Below, piece by piece: positions 37,960-52,547 of a stretch of 64,000 nucleotides of DNA. The notes under the pieces are model-generated. The model was not told the DNA's origin, did not search any database, and worked only from the letters and a program-made list of their open reading frames with translations. Position 1 is the first letter of the stretch. Each line of letters begins with the position of its first letter. Source of the stretch: Octopus vulgaris (lineage: Eukaryota); NCBI GenBank assembly GCA_951406725.2, contig OX597816.1, forward strand, positions 97,216,001 through 97,280,000, given 5' to 3'. The translations under genes and the position numbers were made by a program.

Positions 37960-38705
37960 CTGGAAAATATAAAGAAGAAAAATTGCAGTTTTGCAATTTG
38001 TGCCATTTTCTATATGTCTCTGAATTTCAGAAATTAAGCTTATCTTTCATAGACTAAATTAATTCCATTAATTTACGAGTTACGAAATTTATTCCACTAA
38101 TTTCGCAAATCGGTATTGTTTCCAAATCATTGTGAAAAGCTAGATTAATTTTAAGGAAGACATTTTTATAATAACTTGCAATGTAATCGAAATTTTTAGA
38201 AGTTCTCCTATTTCGTTCTTAATTTTAAAATTATCATCAGTCAGCAAGGATATGGAGTAAACGAAGCTGGTAGAAACAACTGGTGTCTTACTGACATACG
38301 CAAATGGTATATACATCTCATTCATGAATAAGAGGAGAGGTGAAACTTTGAAAAATAAATAAGCTTGGTCAAAGTACAATTCGTTTAAAACTGAATCGTT
38401 CTTTACGTAGCGATCATTCCGTTTTAATAATTTTCTTCAGAATGTCAAGTTAGAATACAGGAAAGATAAAATATGACAGAAGTCCGTTTAAATGGTATCC
38501 AAACCGAAGTCATAACAAATTTAATATCATTAACAATTATAAAATTAGATGGGAGTTAGCGTTGATAAATTTGCAACGGTTAACACCGATGAAAGTGAGA
38601 AATTATTGAGTGTTAAATTAAGAAAATGAAGAACATTAAATATTTTATGAATACAATAACGGAAAAAAATATATATATAAACAGTAGCTTATATTTCTCA
38701 TCTTT

Positions 38706-38875
38706 AAGGCGGTGAACTGGCAGAATCGTTAGCACACCGGGTAAAATACTTAGCAAGCATTTCGTCGGTCTTTATGCTTTGAGTTCAAATACCGCTGAGG
38801 TTGACTTTGCCTTTCATCCTTTCCCGGTCGATAAAATAAGTACCACTTGAGCACTTGCGAACCTTAAACGACTTA
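38706..38875 (+). mobile_element. tRNA-derived SINE (ggcggcgagctgg family)
   Basis: aggcggtgaactggcagaatcgttagc...gagttcaaat...ctttcatccttt. Confidence 0.85.
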
Positions 38876-41277
38876 AGTTTCTCTGTATGTGGGATGAAAT
38901 ATTCTCTAAGGACATTATATATCTCCATAGAATAAAGATTATAAGTGTTATTATTCTCCCCATGTGCTTTAGCTCTCGAACATTTACTTCCTTTAAATGA
39001 TATGGTATTTAATCATCCGTTATTAAGCAAATATTGATTCCAAAAATGTCAATGTTGCAGTGTTTTTTTAAAAGGGGGGTTTTGTGAGAGAAAATCCTTA
39101 ATTTAAATAGACGTGAGCTCATACTGAAGTAAACGTGGTTGTCGTTCGTACTTCTAAATATTGGTACAAAATATCAGCAGCTGGAGTTAGATTCGAGAGA
39201 GCAATTGTTGGGACCAGAGCATTTACGCAGGTCTGTTTCTGTTAGTTAATGGCATCGTTATGTTTACAAACTTTAGACGTGCCTTGACGAGCTTCATTAT
39301 GGTCAGAGTTTGGGGTCGTTGATTACAAATATTTCATAGTGATTTCGTAAGATATTTTAGTGGAATATACTGTGTTTACCTGGAAATGTTTCTTAAAGCA
39401 GATTAAATACAATGCAATTCTAAACGGCAATGAGTGCTAGGTTACGTTTATTTTTCTGCTTTTGATTTTATTTGGTGTGAGGCAGACGTTGTCAGCTAAT
39501 TATACTCCAAAATACATTATTAAATTTTAAGCAAAACTGAACATAATACACCTCTAAAAATATCAGCAGAAGAGGCTGTTACTGATTTGGTGCCTCCCTA
39601 ATGATAAAAGAGGTAACTATGAATGTAATAATTTTGAAAGAATGTTTTACCTGCTTAATTCTTTAATTATTTCGAAAAGAGCTTTTACTGTTTTATGAAG
39701 AAATATCTTTTTTGCCACTTCATATCTTCAGACTGTAATGTCTTTTTCGTGTTCTTCAGTTAATTATATATAAATTCTTGCAGCTCAAAGCAAAAAGATG
39801 TAGAAATAAAGCAAATAAAGAAAATACAAACAGAGACTGGAGAAGGCTGAATTACAACATGACTGCTAATCATTTCGAAATCTAGGTAAAGTATGGTTTC
39901 AATTCAATCTCTTCTGTACTTCACTTTACATTTTACATTTTATAGGTTTCCGAGTCTGTGTCAGGTGATAGTGTTGGAATATAAAGATTCTGATGTATAC
40001 CTATTTAATTGACCTGGTATTGAAATACATAATTCTGAGGATCATGATAAAAAGTGTAGATGTCTTAATTTCAAGTTAGTTATTTTAGTTTTTGTTAACT
40101 GTTCTTATGGCATCATGATTTATATGCTTCTACATTAACGTCGCTATTCCTCCTCTTATCGAACCGATAAGTTATTCACACTTTATTACATATACGAAAG
40201 AAAAGCGAAAATAAAACTATAGCTAATATATAAAAATTACGTCAGCTTGAAGTGATATGAACAAGAATATGAACAAAAAAGGTGGTAATAAATCATATGG
40301 AGTGAACATAAAAACACACACACTGACACACAATACACACATATACATCCATACATATGTATATAAACATACACTCATGCATACATGCATACATGCATGC
40401 ATACTGCTCTCTCTCACTCTATTTCTCTCTATATATATATGTGTGTGTGTGTGTGTATACACACATGCATATATGTGTGTATACATATAAATATGCATAT
40501 TTACATGCTCATTTACACTTCTGCCATAAAATAAATTACATAACTCAGCTATAAGAAACGCAACAAAGGAATGAAATGCGTGGCTCCTTTCCTGTAATCG
40601 TGAGGAAATTAAAGTGATTCTCTATGATTTACACACCGTTTCAGTTACAAAATTTTATTCACATGGAATAGAATAACTTCAGTTGATGATTGTCATAAAA
40701 AAAATTTGGAAATTCTATTGAACGTGCTAAAAACATCCAAAGAGCTAATGGGTTAATAACGTCAACACATTGGAAAGTTTTCATGGTGCAGACAAATTAA
40801 AAGATTTCGAATACATTAATCGCTTAAATGATACAGTGAAAAACTTTCTGGTTTAAAGAATTAAGAGTGAACTCTTGTTTTACACTTTAAGTGAGGTTTA
40901 CGATACATTTCAATTTTTTTTATCACTAATTGCTTTACGAGGTGATTTAAGACGGGTAACAGCAACTCTATAATTAATTGATCGAAGTAGATCTTGAATA
41001 TCTACTAAAGACATACAAGCAACATTTCAAATACCATAATTTGCTTTGTATAATTTGTAACATTATTTCAGTTGCTACTGTTACTCTTAATACGACACTA
41101 TTGTTGCATTTATTTGAAAATGTGAAACCATTTTCATTCACTCAAGTTTATATGGGTCAAGTGGTTGACAGAGAAATAATGGTAATCTTAATTCTGTTCT
41201 AGTGACTGTGTTTGCTTATACACATGTATATAAGGGGCATTTGTTCGGGGGAGTATCGGACAAGTAATATATATATA

Positions 41278-41497
41278 TTTCTTTACTGCCCACAAGGGGC
41301 TAAACATAGAGGGGACGAACAAAGACAGACAAATGGATTAAGTCGATTATATCGACCCCAATAACTGGTACTTATTTAATCGACCCCGAAAGGATGAAAG
41401 GTAAAGTCGACCTCGGCGGAATTTGAACTCAGAACGTAACGACAGACGAAATACCGCTAAGCATTTCATCCGGTGCGCTAACGTTTCTACCAGCTTC
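41278..41497 (-). mobile_element. tRNA-derived SINE (ggcggcgagctgg family)
   Basis: Reverse complement of the 38706 family. Confidence 0.85.
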
Positions 41498-43107
41498 ACA
41501 AGTAATAAATATATATCAGTGATCTAAATTAAGATCGTGCGTATGATGTGCAATTAGTGTGACCGTTTTAACTCTTCTAATAGATATAAATTTTGTTGAG
41601 AACTTTGCTGTGGCAGTGATAATCTGTTTATAACTTTATGTACGATCACAGTTAGCTAGATTATATAGCAGACCCTTGTGTATTTTAGATATTTTTCGGT
41701 AAAAATAATTGAGCTACGTTAATAACTGCATTCTTAAACTGCTCCTTGACACTCAATACTCAACTTCTATATTACATTCTCGGAGGTATAGTCATTAGAT
41801 GTCAAGTTAATTTGAGCTGATATTATTTATAAGATTATTTATGTTGTAGCCTTCTGATTCTCTGAACGCAACATAGCCGAATGATTAAGCAGATCGTATC
41901 GCAAAACCTAGTTCAATAAATACTTAGTTTAACAGCAAGTGCTATTTCCATCTATACACCATTTTCTGACAACTCTTCTGTACTTATGATAACAAATTCT
42001 TATCGTCAGGTTGAGAAACCAACTTATATTATATATGTACTTTTATATGTCCGTATCCGTGTGTACGTATGTATGTGTGTGTGCTTATGTGTGCGCGCGT
42101 ATGTGTAAAAGATTTTTATATAATTTTAAAGCTACTTTGCTATCAGTAAATTTTATGAGAAAGATTCTTCATTTGACAACATACTTTGGTTAGGGGCAAC
42201 GTTGTAAAAAGCTGAAATGAATCCCATATTAGTGTAGAGATCGCATAACTGACCTGATTCTGTTTCCATCTTTGAGCTTATTTAGAAAAAAGATTTAATC
42301 ACCTTATTTGTAAGACTTCAATACATTTACAACGACTGGCATATATATTTGTATTTTATTGCAACCGTCTCCACAACAGCTCCAGCAGCTGTGAACTTAT
42401 AAGATTAATATTGCTTCCACAACGAGGGGGCCTCTGTGTGGGTATCGGTCGTGCACGAAATAATAGTCAACTTTCATTCAAAGCATTTCATATTCTCTTA
42501 TAACGGAACAACCCAAACAAAAAACTAGAATTACATCATGTATTTAGGGGTGCACACACTTGAAATTGCGAAGAAATCTAGAATGCTCTTGATTATAGGT
42601 CTGACTACTCAGGATTGACACCAACAATGACACAGTCAGGAGGCCGGAAGAGTCTGTTCAAGACGGCAACAACAACGCCGCTGCCGCCTCTGCAACTGTG
42701 TAGATTTTTCTGTATCTCTCTATTTCTCCCTTGGTACAATTATGTATTACAAATAGGGAATCATTTCTATAGAGCCCCCCACCACCACACACACACACTT
42801 CCGCTATTTGTGGGATTGAGGATTTAATGTAGAATAAGATATAAATTCTACGATATCCTTGACCTGTGCTGAGTCACTCGAAACGATTAGTATATCGTAG
42901 AAATTTGATCTATCTGATCTTGTCCACAGTTTCTTGTCATAATTAATAACGGTTTCTCGTGCTGTTAATAGTATGTCGACATCTAACTTAGGCTGAAATT
43001 TTTCATTGCAAATATGAGTGCAGTATGGTCAATAATAAAACAAAGCACACCCGTATAAAGTATTATCCATTATGTGACATGTTCCTTGAAGACGCCTTAT
43101 GTGTATA

Positions 43108-43272
43108 AATACGACGGGCTTCTTTCAGTTTCCATCAACCAAATTCACTCATAAGGTTTTAGTCGGCCCAAGGCTATAGTAGAAGGTACTTTCCCAAAGT
43201 GGCACGCAGTGGGACTGAACCCGGAACCATGTGGTTGGTAAGCAAGCTACTTACCTCAGCTACTCCTGCGCC
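43108..43272 (-). mobile_element. Major SINE, 5' half
   Basis: acgacgggcttctttcagtttcc...gggactgaacccggaaccatgtgg. Confidence 0.88.
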
Positions 43273-43389
43273 TGTATATATATATATATATAAAGAGAGA
43301 GAGAAGAAAGAGAAAAGATGAAAAAACACAAAAGATTTGTTTTACAGGATTAAAGAGTATATTAGAGCCATGATAATAAAGATATACAA

Positions 43390-44875
43390 TTTTGTACAAA
43401 ATAAGGTTTTGTTCTTTCAAAATAATTGAAGTAAGGACCAGTTTCGTATTGCTGATCAAACGGATAGTTGAAAGAGATAAATTGCTAGGGGAAACAAATT
43501 GGCTAGGGGAGATATTTGTTCACTCATTTATTTTGCAGTAAAGGGGAGGTAAATCTGTAATTTTATTATTTTTGTTCTCTAATTTATTCTGGCTTATATC
43601 TTCCATTCGATGGGGAAAGTCCTTTGTTTTTAATATGGGTTCATATTTAATTCTATTTTATAGTTTTAGATAAAAGAGGCTTCTTTATTCAGTCTTACTG
43701 GAGTTGAGGTCCAGAAGGCAAGTTGATAAAATGGGTAAAATACGAATTGTCGTTAGGGTCGTTCTGCACATTTGTCAACGTGTTGCTAAGGTATATTTGG
43801 TGATATTGTGGGGAGGAAATTTGTTGTCTCTGGACCGTACACTTCTTTGGATCGAATTTCTTGTTGAGCCAATATAGTTTCGATGGCAGCCCGAGCATCC
43901 GATTACGTAAATGAGGTTTTGAGAGGCGCAAGTGAAGTTAAATTTCATTTTGAATATTTGTCCTCCTCTGAAATGGAATTCCGTTCCTTCCAACAGAATG
44001 GGACAGGTTCCTCAATTAGGGTGACTACACTTTACGACTCTTGCGTCCGCTGTTCTAAAGAATAGTTTGGCATTGGTGAGAATTTTCTTCAATGTCTTAG
44101 GCTGTTTGCTGCTCTTGATGATTTTATGGTTATGTTGAATTTCCTTAAGGTTGGGGTCCCTATGGAGTATTGGAAGATTTTGGACGATGATATTGAATGC
44201 TTTTTTGTCTCTGGTATTGTATGTGGAAATATAAGTTAGTGATTTGAAGGTAGCTGTGTTGTCGTTTTGGGCTTTTCTTAATATTTTAATATTATTCGAT
44301 TTTGCACGTTTAATTTCTTCATTTACTAGTTGAGTTGGGTAGTGTCTGTCCAGGCGTATATTTTTAAGCTCTTGCAATCTTAGTTCTCCGGTATTTTTTG
44401 CGGATATTATAGTGCAAATCCTTCTTGCAAAGTTGAAGGGGATATTTGTTTTGATATATCTCTAGGGTGACATGAGCTGAATACTAGATATTGTTTAGTC
44501 TCTGTGGTCTTGTAAAATGCATGTTTCTATTTTCTGGTTATTTTTTAAATCAGTATGTCTAGGAATGGGAGTTCATCGTGGTGGTATTCTATTCTATTAT
44601 GAATTGTATGTTGATGTTAATGTTATTGAGAAGTCTTTTGAACGCCAAAACAACCATTTCATGCTTCACACCACTGCTTATCACCAAAAGTCTGAAATTG
44701 CAATGGGAACCAGGGCAGCCCCAATCATTGTCAATCTAACAATGGACTATTTAGAAATAACAATATATCAGGAGTCTCTTTCAAAATTTGGAAATTCTAT
44801 CTACGAATACATGAAAGAAAATTCGAAAAGATTTTTGTACGACTGCTTCAGCCTCTGGAATGAAAACAGAGGCCG
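43390..44875 (-). mobile_element. Neptune-type PLE 3' portion (RT C-terminus and GIY-YIG) with an inverted 5' RT segment
   Basis: Minus: NIPFNFARRICTI, YPTQL, K.LKKILT, NLIYVIGCSGC..NYIG; plus strand 44600-44870: AMGT.AAP...NL.M.YLE...RF.YDCF. Confidence 0.88.
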
Positions 44876-44879
44876 TTAT

Positions 44880-45133
44880 TTATTATCCCATTATATCGTA
44901 CGTCGAACGTGCGATACAACAGCGGCGACGGGAATTCGGACAATATCGCCACTGATACAGCAGTGGCGTCGAAGTTTGGAAGATTACCGAGGATTCGAAC
45001 AATAATGAAACTAAAAATAGTCCCGAAAAAGAAGAGTTACTGAAGCCAGTCGTAAAACAACAAGAGCAACTGCAGAAGTTAACAGTCGTTACTGCAGTAG
45101 GGAAATACGACAGAATCATTTTCAGTGGGAGGT
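44880..45133 (+). mobile_element. Possible fragment of a LINE 5' end or ORF1 N-terminus
   Basis: GC-richer coding-like run (KITEDSNNNETKNSPEKEELLKPVVKQQ...) abutting the PLE; family uncertain. Confidence 0.3.
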
Positions 45134-45159
45134 GTATATATATATATATATATATAATT

Positions 45160-45365
45160 GTACTTCATTCAGTCATGAGGCAGCGGGCATCCTGAAGCAC
45201 TGCCTTGCACGATTTTCTATCGAGTGAATCGATCTGAGGAATCTTTTTTAAGTGTAGTACTTATTCTATCAGTCTCTTTGGGCCGACCGCTGCCTTTCGA
45301 GGACATCAACCCATCAACACCTGTTTCCAAAGGGTAGTCGTAGCCAAAACAGACACAATGACACA
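45160..45365 (-). mobile_element. Major SINE, diverged 3' half
   Basis: tagtacttattctatcagtctc...gccgaccgct. Confidence 0.7.
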
Positions 45366-45384
45366 CATAAACGAACACAGACGC

Positions 45385-45477
<93 letters not shown>

Positions 45478-45655
45478 TGTGCGTGTGTGCGTGCGTGTGT
45501 GTGTGTGCATATGTATGTATGTGTGTGTGTATGTATGCATGCATGCATATACGTCGCCGAGTTAACATGGAAGGTCTTAACGGCAATGTAGACAGCCATA
45601 GACACAATGCCACACACACACACATGGCATCCGATGCTACAATTATTTGTATATT

Positions 45656-45694
<39 letters not shown>

Positions 45695-46349
45695 TGTATT
45701 ATTATATGATTGAATGCCACGCAACCTTTTCCAAATAAGGTTTATCTTAATAAATGTGATGGGTATTTTACTGTCTTTTTACTCTTTCGCTTTGTCTCTT
45801 TCTCTCTCTTAATCTTTTACCTCTTCTTCTCCCATTATTCTATCCTATTACCCTTTCGTTTTTTCTCTCTTATCCTTCTATGTCCCCTTCTCTCCCTCCT
45901 GTTTTTCTCACTTATCCTATCTCCAATTTTTTCCTCTCCCCTTCACAGTTCTCTGTCTGTCATTATCTCTCCTCACTCTTCCTTCCTTGCTTACATGGAT
46001 CCCATGTGATCATCAGCTATCTTTCTTCTAACTTGTGTGTCTTTCTTTCTCTACGTTGTGGCTGTATCAAGGAAGACGTGTTCTTGTCTGTCTCTTGTTC
46101 GCCACCACAAATTCGTTTAGGCTTAGCAGCCCTTCCTGTTTCTTTTCACTGTCCTGTTTGTGTTACCAATTTTGAAATTCCGTAAAATCCCAAGTTTTAT
46201 TTACTTTGCTTTGCGGAAACAACTGTTTTTTTTTTCGAAGGCGTATTTTGTTGTTAAATACTCGAAATACGAGAGTAGAAAAACAGCCAACAACTGATAA
46301 AGGGTAGTTCTTTGTGTTGTTTGTGTTGTTTTATACACTTGCAATATGA

Positions 46350-47570
46350 TTCTAGCAACTATAACCAACACTCCCACACACATATACACATATGTAAAAA
46401 CGTACATGCACACACCTACACACACCACCCCGAAATTACAAATCACATTCACACAAACACACCCACACATACACAGATACACAAACAAATACGCAACTAC
46501 AACACAACCCACACAAACACACACGCATTTATGCACACCTATGCACACACACACACACACACAATACGCCCGTACACCAATAATAAAATCACACACACAC
46601 ACTCAACAGAAAAAAACACATATACTCATAATACAATCCCAACAACCACAACAAATACTCACAAACACACATACACACAAGCATGCACACACAATGGCAC
46701 ACACCTCCCAGACAAATACAAGACACATAGACACACTCACACACACACACACACACGTAGACACACACACTGCACTAACAATACAAACAAAACAAATCAC
46801 TCACAAATGCAGCTCACACACATGTGCACACACACACACACTTCCGAAAATTACATAAACCATACCCACATATATATATATACACACACACACGCATACT
46901 CAATACCAACACACACAAAATGCATATGCACACACATACACACCAACTAGATAAACCCAACACACATTGACACGCACAGAACCCCTGATAAATACAACAC
47001 ACTTACACACACATGCCTATCCACACATACATATGCATCCTCAAACACGCATACGGTTGCTCACATACACACACACACAACAAGGACAATTAAAACACAA
47101 ATATACTCAGACAGATTTAACACACACACTCACGTACACCCACATAACATCCCGACCAACACAAAAAACACACACACACACACAACGCACACATACACAC
47201 ACGCGAACAAAATCATATACACACACATACGCACGCACAACACCATAACAAATGCTAATCACACGCATTTACACACACACACAACACCAGGACAATCATA
47301 GCACAAACATATTCAAACTGAGACACACACACACACTCCTGTACAGACACACTCACATACACACACATAATATCCCCATCAACACAAAAAACACACAAAC
47401 ATACACACGCACCCACAGACGTACACATACACGCACGCGAACAAACACATACACACACTTGCGCACACACAACACCCGAAAAAATATTAATCACACACAT
47501 ACACACACAAACGTGCACACATACACACACACACAGACGTACACAGAGGCACACACACACACACCATTAT
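46350..47570. repeat. 1.2-kb degenerate CA-rich low-complexity tract
   Basis: Continuous imperfect (CA)n with almost no G on the plus strand. Confidence 0.9.
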
Positions 47571-48075
47571 GACCTTCAAGACCAGTCGCCAAAACCACTG
47601 AACCATGAAACCAAAAAAATCCTTTCAATTCCACATTGCTCTCCTTAAAATAGCAAATAACCCTTAGCTCCACACAAAATAAAAATGATAAAACAGGTCA
47701 GTTCTTTGTAAACTCCTAAGTATATCTCCTTCTGTGTATATATATACACTACCAAATATGATCTTTTTTGAACTCATAATACCTTTCTGTGTATATATAT
47801 AGATACTTCTAAACAAACATAATTTTTAAGGAACTCCTAATATTTTTTTTGAAGTTTTTAATATTTTCTCAAGATATTTCCTTGTAAACTATTTCTAACA
47901 TTTTCTTATTTTTATGAAAGAATGTAAACATGCATTTTAATATTTTGTGACAAACAGTACTTAACACAACAAAGCTTATACAAAGCTTTTACATTTTACT
48001 TTTGACAATCTTTTTCTAAAAAACGTGAAACCGTTCAAGTGAATAAACATCTTTAAAATTGCATTTTCAAACCTT

Positions 48076-48165
<90 letters not shown>

Positions 48166-48571
48166 CTGGCTTAGAGAAGAAGAAGAAACGAAACGAAACG
48201 AAACGAATCGAATCGAATCGACGCGAGGGCGCTCAGTCATACAATAGTGTAATAAATAAAATATATGCATACATACATATATGTACGTACCTACATCTAC
48301 ATGTATGTATGCATGCATATATAAATATATATATACTTGTATGGATACACAAACACTTAAACACACACGCAGGCATATATATAAATCGACACTTACATTA
48401 TTATATATCTCAATCGAAACTGTCCCATTAACGGGAAACTGAAACTCTGAGTTGCACTATTTTGTGATATTTTTCTTTTGTTTCTGCAACTTTAATAAAA
48501 ATAAAACATATTACTTTACCTCCGGTATTCGAGTACTATTTTTCCCACCTTGTCTTACATGTATGTGTTTA

Positions 48572-48645
<74 letters not shown>

Positions 48646-48905
48646 CTCGACATGGACGGACGCTAGCCAAATCGGCTCCACGTAAGTTGGCCACTTTTAC
48701 ATGTTTAAAACTCCTTGTTGCCAAATATTTTGTTTTAATCATTGTGCAAGTTCATTCACTAAAAAACCTGAGAATTATTCACGTAGAATTCCGCCCCTGT
48801 ATGGGCGAAATTACCAAAAACTTTCAAAACTTTCGTGGGTTCCTTTTAGCCATTTTTCATTTTGAAAATGGCAACTAGAAACTACCTGGCTTGAACAACG
48901 CTGTC

Positions 48906-48937
<32 letters not shown>

Positions 48938-50432
48938 CAACAAAACTAACGTCGCAAGACCATTTACTTAGATTTCCCCCCACTCCCTACACCACTTGAC
49001 GATGATAAAAGGACGGAGAAAGGGATTTCAAAAACGAATACAGACGAAAACATGAATGCCAGCACCACCACCATCACCACCACCAACAACAACAACAACG
49101 AAATCGGCACAAAGCCGCCTACCAAAGACAACACCGCCAACACCAACACCACTACCACGACGTCAACTGCTACAACTAACCCTTCTGCTGCTAACACCGT
49201 CAAAATTAAAACGCATTTCGCGGATGCGACAAAACAAAAACGAACAATCGTAAAATTCACCACAGAGGAAATAAACCTCACAAAAGTATTCCTCACCAAA
49301 GAAGGAGACAAATTGCATCTCCACATTCCACAACACATCGTGGAAAACACACAAAAAAACTCCAATAATCTACAAAGTAATAAACAAGGAAACAAGACGA
49401 CCAGAAAATTCACCGCAGAAAAAAATTGAAAAATGCCTTCGTCCTGCATGGGACTCCAAGGAGTATATCAGTTGGGGAAATAAATTTGGTTCAGTCCAAG
49501 TAGGTTTCCTCAACGAAAATTTAGCAAAACGATTTTCCACATTGGAGCTGCATTCAGACGACTGGGTAATGATACCAATCTATTTAAACCAGAGAGTGAC
49601 GAAAGTCCAAATAAAGAATGTACCCCCTGAAGTCGAAACACAATGGTTAGTCTCTACCATCTGCTTTGAAATGGCAGAGACAATGGCAGAGACAAACATC
49701 CTTGAAATCGCTGTTCTAGGACAGAAAGACTATGTGGGAAAATCAATCCAATTCCTTCTTCAATTGGATAAAACAGCAAGAGAAAAGATACCCACCACCA
49801 TACAACTGCCAGGAGACTACAAACTTTATGTAGTGGTAGAGGGCAGGCGACCACGTTGCTATTTGTGTGGAAGCGAAACACACTTGAAAAAGACGTGCCC
49901 AACCACTGCACACCAAGAGCAACAACAACAACCACTACCACAACTAAAACACTCCGGAAAAAAGACTCTACTACCCACACCACCATCAACACAGAAGACG
50001 ACAAGAGAACACACCAAGCTAATCCGTCAACAACCAAAAATTACTCAACACCTGAGAAAATAGCAACACCACCAACAACAGCTAGAACCAAAGGAACAGA
50101 AAAACAAAGAAAATACACAAAAACTGATTCCCCATCCCTTATACCGCACTCACCACACACAAACACTCAACAACCAACAGCAACGAAAACAACAGCCCAA
50201 CCACTTACACAGTCATACATAGAAGCCTACAACATACCCCTACCCCCTACTGACTCCTCAGAAATTTCGTCGGAAGATGAAACCAGTGAGGAATGGCAAA
50301 TAGCTACACCACCTTTTTTTTGTTTTTTTGTTTCTGTTTATTTTTGGGGTCTTTTTTCATCCCACAAAAGAAAAGCTCTACCTTGTAATTTCTCCCATCT
50401 GTGTGCAGCCCTGTGTGGCCAATAAAGAAACT
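48646..50432 (+). mobile_element. L1/Tx1-type ORF1-only element inserted in (TATC)n
   Basis: Frameshifted ORF1 (49052-49429, 49542-50063) with GRRPRCYLCGSETHLKKTCP zinc knuckle, joined directly to a 3' tail with AATAAA; (TATC)n on both sides. Confidence 0.8.
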
Positions 50433-50458
50433 TATCTATCTATCTATCTATCTATCTG

Positions 50459-50502
<44 letters not shown>

Positions 50503-50537
50503 ATCTGTGAAGATTTTAGATCATTTATAAATAGAAG

Positions 50538-50584
50538 GTCATACAGCTGTTTCCAGGATATTTATTATATCCCTTCGTCGGAGG
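50538..50584 (-). ncRNA. Degenerate hammerhead (U4C) in a probable PLE 3' fragment (~50505-51045)
   Basis: CCGACGA-A-GGGAUAU-AAUAA-AUAUCCU-G-GAAAC-AGCU-GUA. Confidence 0.55.
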
Positions 50585-51041
50585 CGGTGTAAGAAAATGG
50601 TTAAACAATGGTTAATTTAGATAAGATATGAAATAGAGAGTGAGGTTGAGGAATGAAAATAGACGTGAGATATGCAGGTATATTGTATTTATAGATCCAT
50701 TATTTAGGCAGAATGGTATACATATAAGATTCCAATACCTTGTGTGTAAAATCCAATAGCATTTAAACTTGGCCATTCCAAGTATAGAGTTTGTACACAG
50801 TACTATTAAATAAAGGGTTTTATTTAAAGTGAACTACAAGTAGGGAATGCATTTGTAAGGTCAAATCGAAAACAAGAAGAGAGAAATAAAGAGAGGAATA
50901 TATATACACATGCTGATATATGACCTACGTTGGACTCCTTATACGCATAATCACCGAACGTGGAGCTTAACAATGGTCTATCCACAGCACTTAGTATCAC
51001 CTGACACCTTTGGGTCTTATTGACACCATTACCTCTCATAA

Positions 51042-51117
<76 letters not shown>

Positions 51118-51333
51118 TGCAGATATGTGCATATAAATACAATGATAAAAAATAAAAGGAAATGAGTTAAAAAGTAGTAAAGCGAGGGAGAATGATTCCT
51201 TAGAAACTTAACATATACATATACTTATGTATTTGTGCATGTGTGAGTGTGTATGTGTGTATGCATGTATGTACATATATATGTACTTATGTATGTATGT
51301 ATGTATATATATATATATATATGTATGCATACA

Positions 51334-51400
<67 letters not shown>

Positions 51401-51459
51401 ACATCTATATATACATATATATATATATATATGTGTATATATATGTATATATATATAGG

Positions 51460-51497
<38 letters not shown>

Positions 51498-51556
51498 CTC
51501 TCTCTCTTTCTATATATATATACACGTGCTGAGTGGGTGCGTGTGTGTATGTATGA

Positions 51557-51590
<34 letters not shown>

Positions 51591-51984
51591 AAGACAGAGA
51601 GAGTTGTAGTACTGAGATAGTGAATAGGAAAGAAGAAACCAAAAAATGTGTGTGTGTGAAAACAGTAACAAAAACGAGCATTAGCCAAAAGAAAATGGTT
51701 GAATTCATAGTGGGAAGAAGGATATTAAAATTCTACGAATGTTTTGCTGTCTAACAGAAGATATAATACAATCACATGACTTGTTTTCTTTGTGTGTAGG
51801 TTACAAGTTCAATCGGGATACTTTCCACTGACTTAACATGATGTTAAATTACATTCGCCAATAGTGTAGCTGACAACTGAAGCGATCCATGACATATTTT
51901 CAGAGTCTAGAACCTACGAGATAAACAAAATGGAACAATGTGAGTTTACGCATATGTAAATCGATACTTACATATATGCAATAC

Positions 51985-52017
<33 letters not shown>

Positions 52018-52241
52018 ATGTATACATAAAAATATTACATACATATATGCATACGTAAACACGTATGCATGTTTCAATATACATATATGTACATATGTGT
52101 TGTCGTATGCACATGGATATCTATGTATGCATGTAAGTATGTACGTACGTACGTGTGTATGTATGCACATTTTTTATGTATGTGTGCTATGTATATATGT
52201 ATGTGTGTGTATGTATATATACATATATGCATACACAGTTT

Positions 52242-52296
<55 letters not shown>

Positions 52297-52299
52297 TCC

Positions 52300-52507
52300 T
52301 TTATTGTTTTATTTGTTTCAGTCATTTGGCTGCGGCCATGCTGGAGCAACGCCTTTAGTGGAACAGATCGACCGCAAATCTTATTCTTTGTAAGCCTAGT
52401 ACTTATTCTATCGGAACTTTTGCGAACCGCTAGGTTACGCGGACGAAAACACACAAAGATCGGTTGTCAAGCAATGGTGGCTGTGACAAACACAGACACA
52501 AACATAT

Positions 52508-52547
<40 letters not shown>

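Noticed and set aside
42845-42905. Hairpin with GAGU/ACUC-GAAAC...GUA inside a 10-bp stem
   Set aside because: No CUGANGA-like box in the correct position
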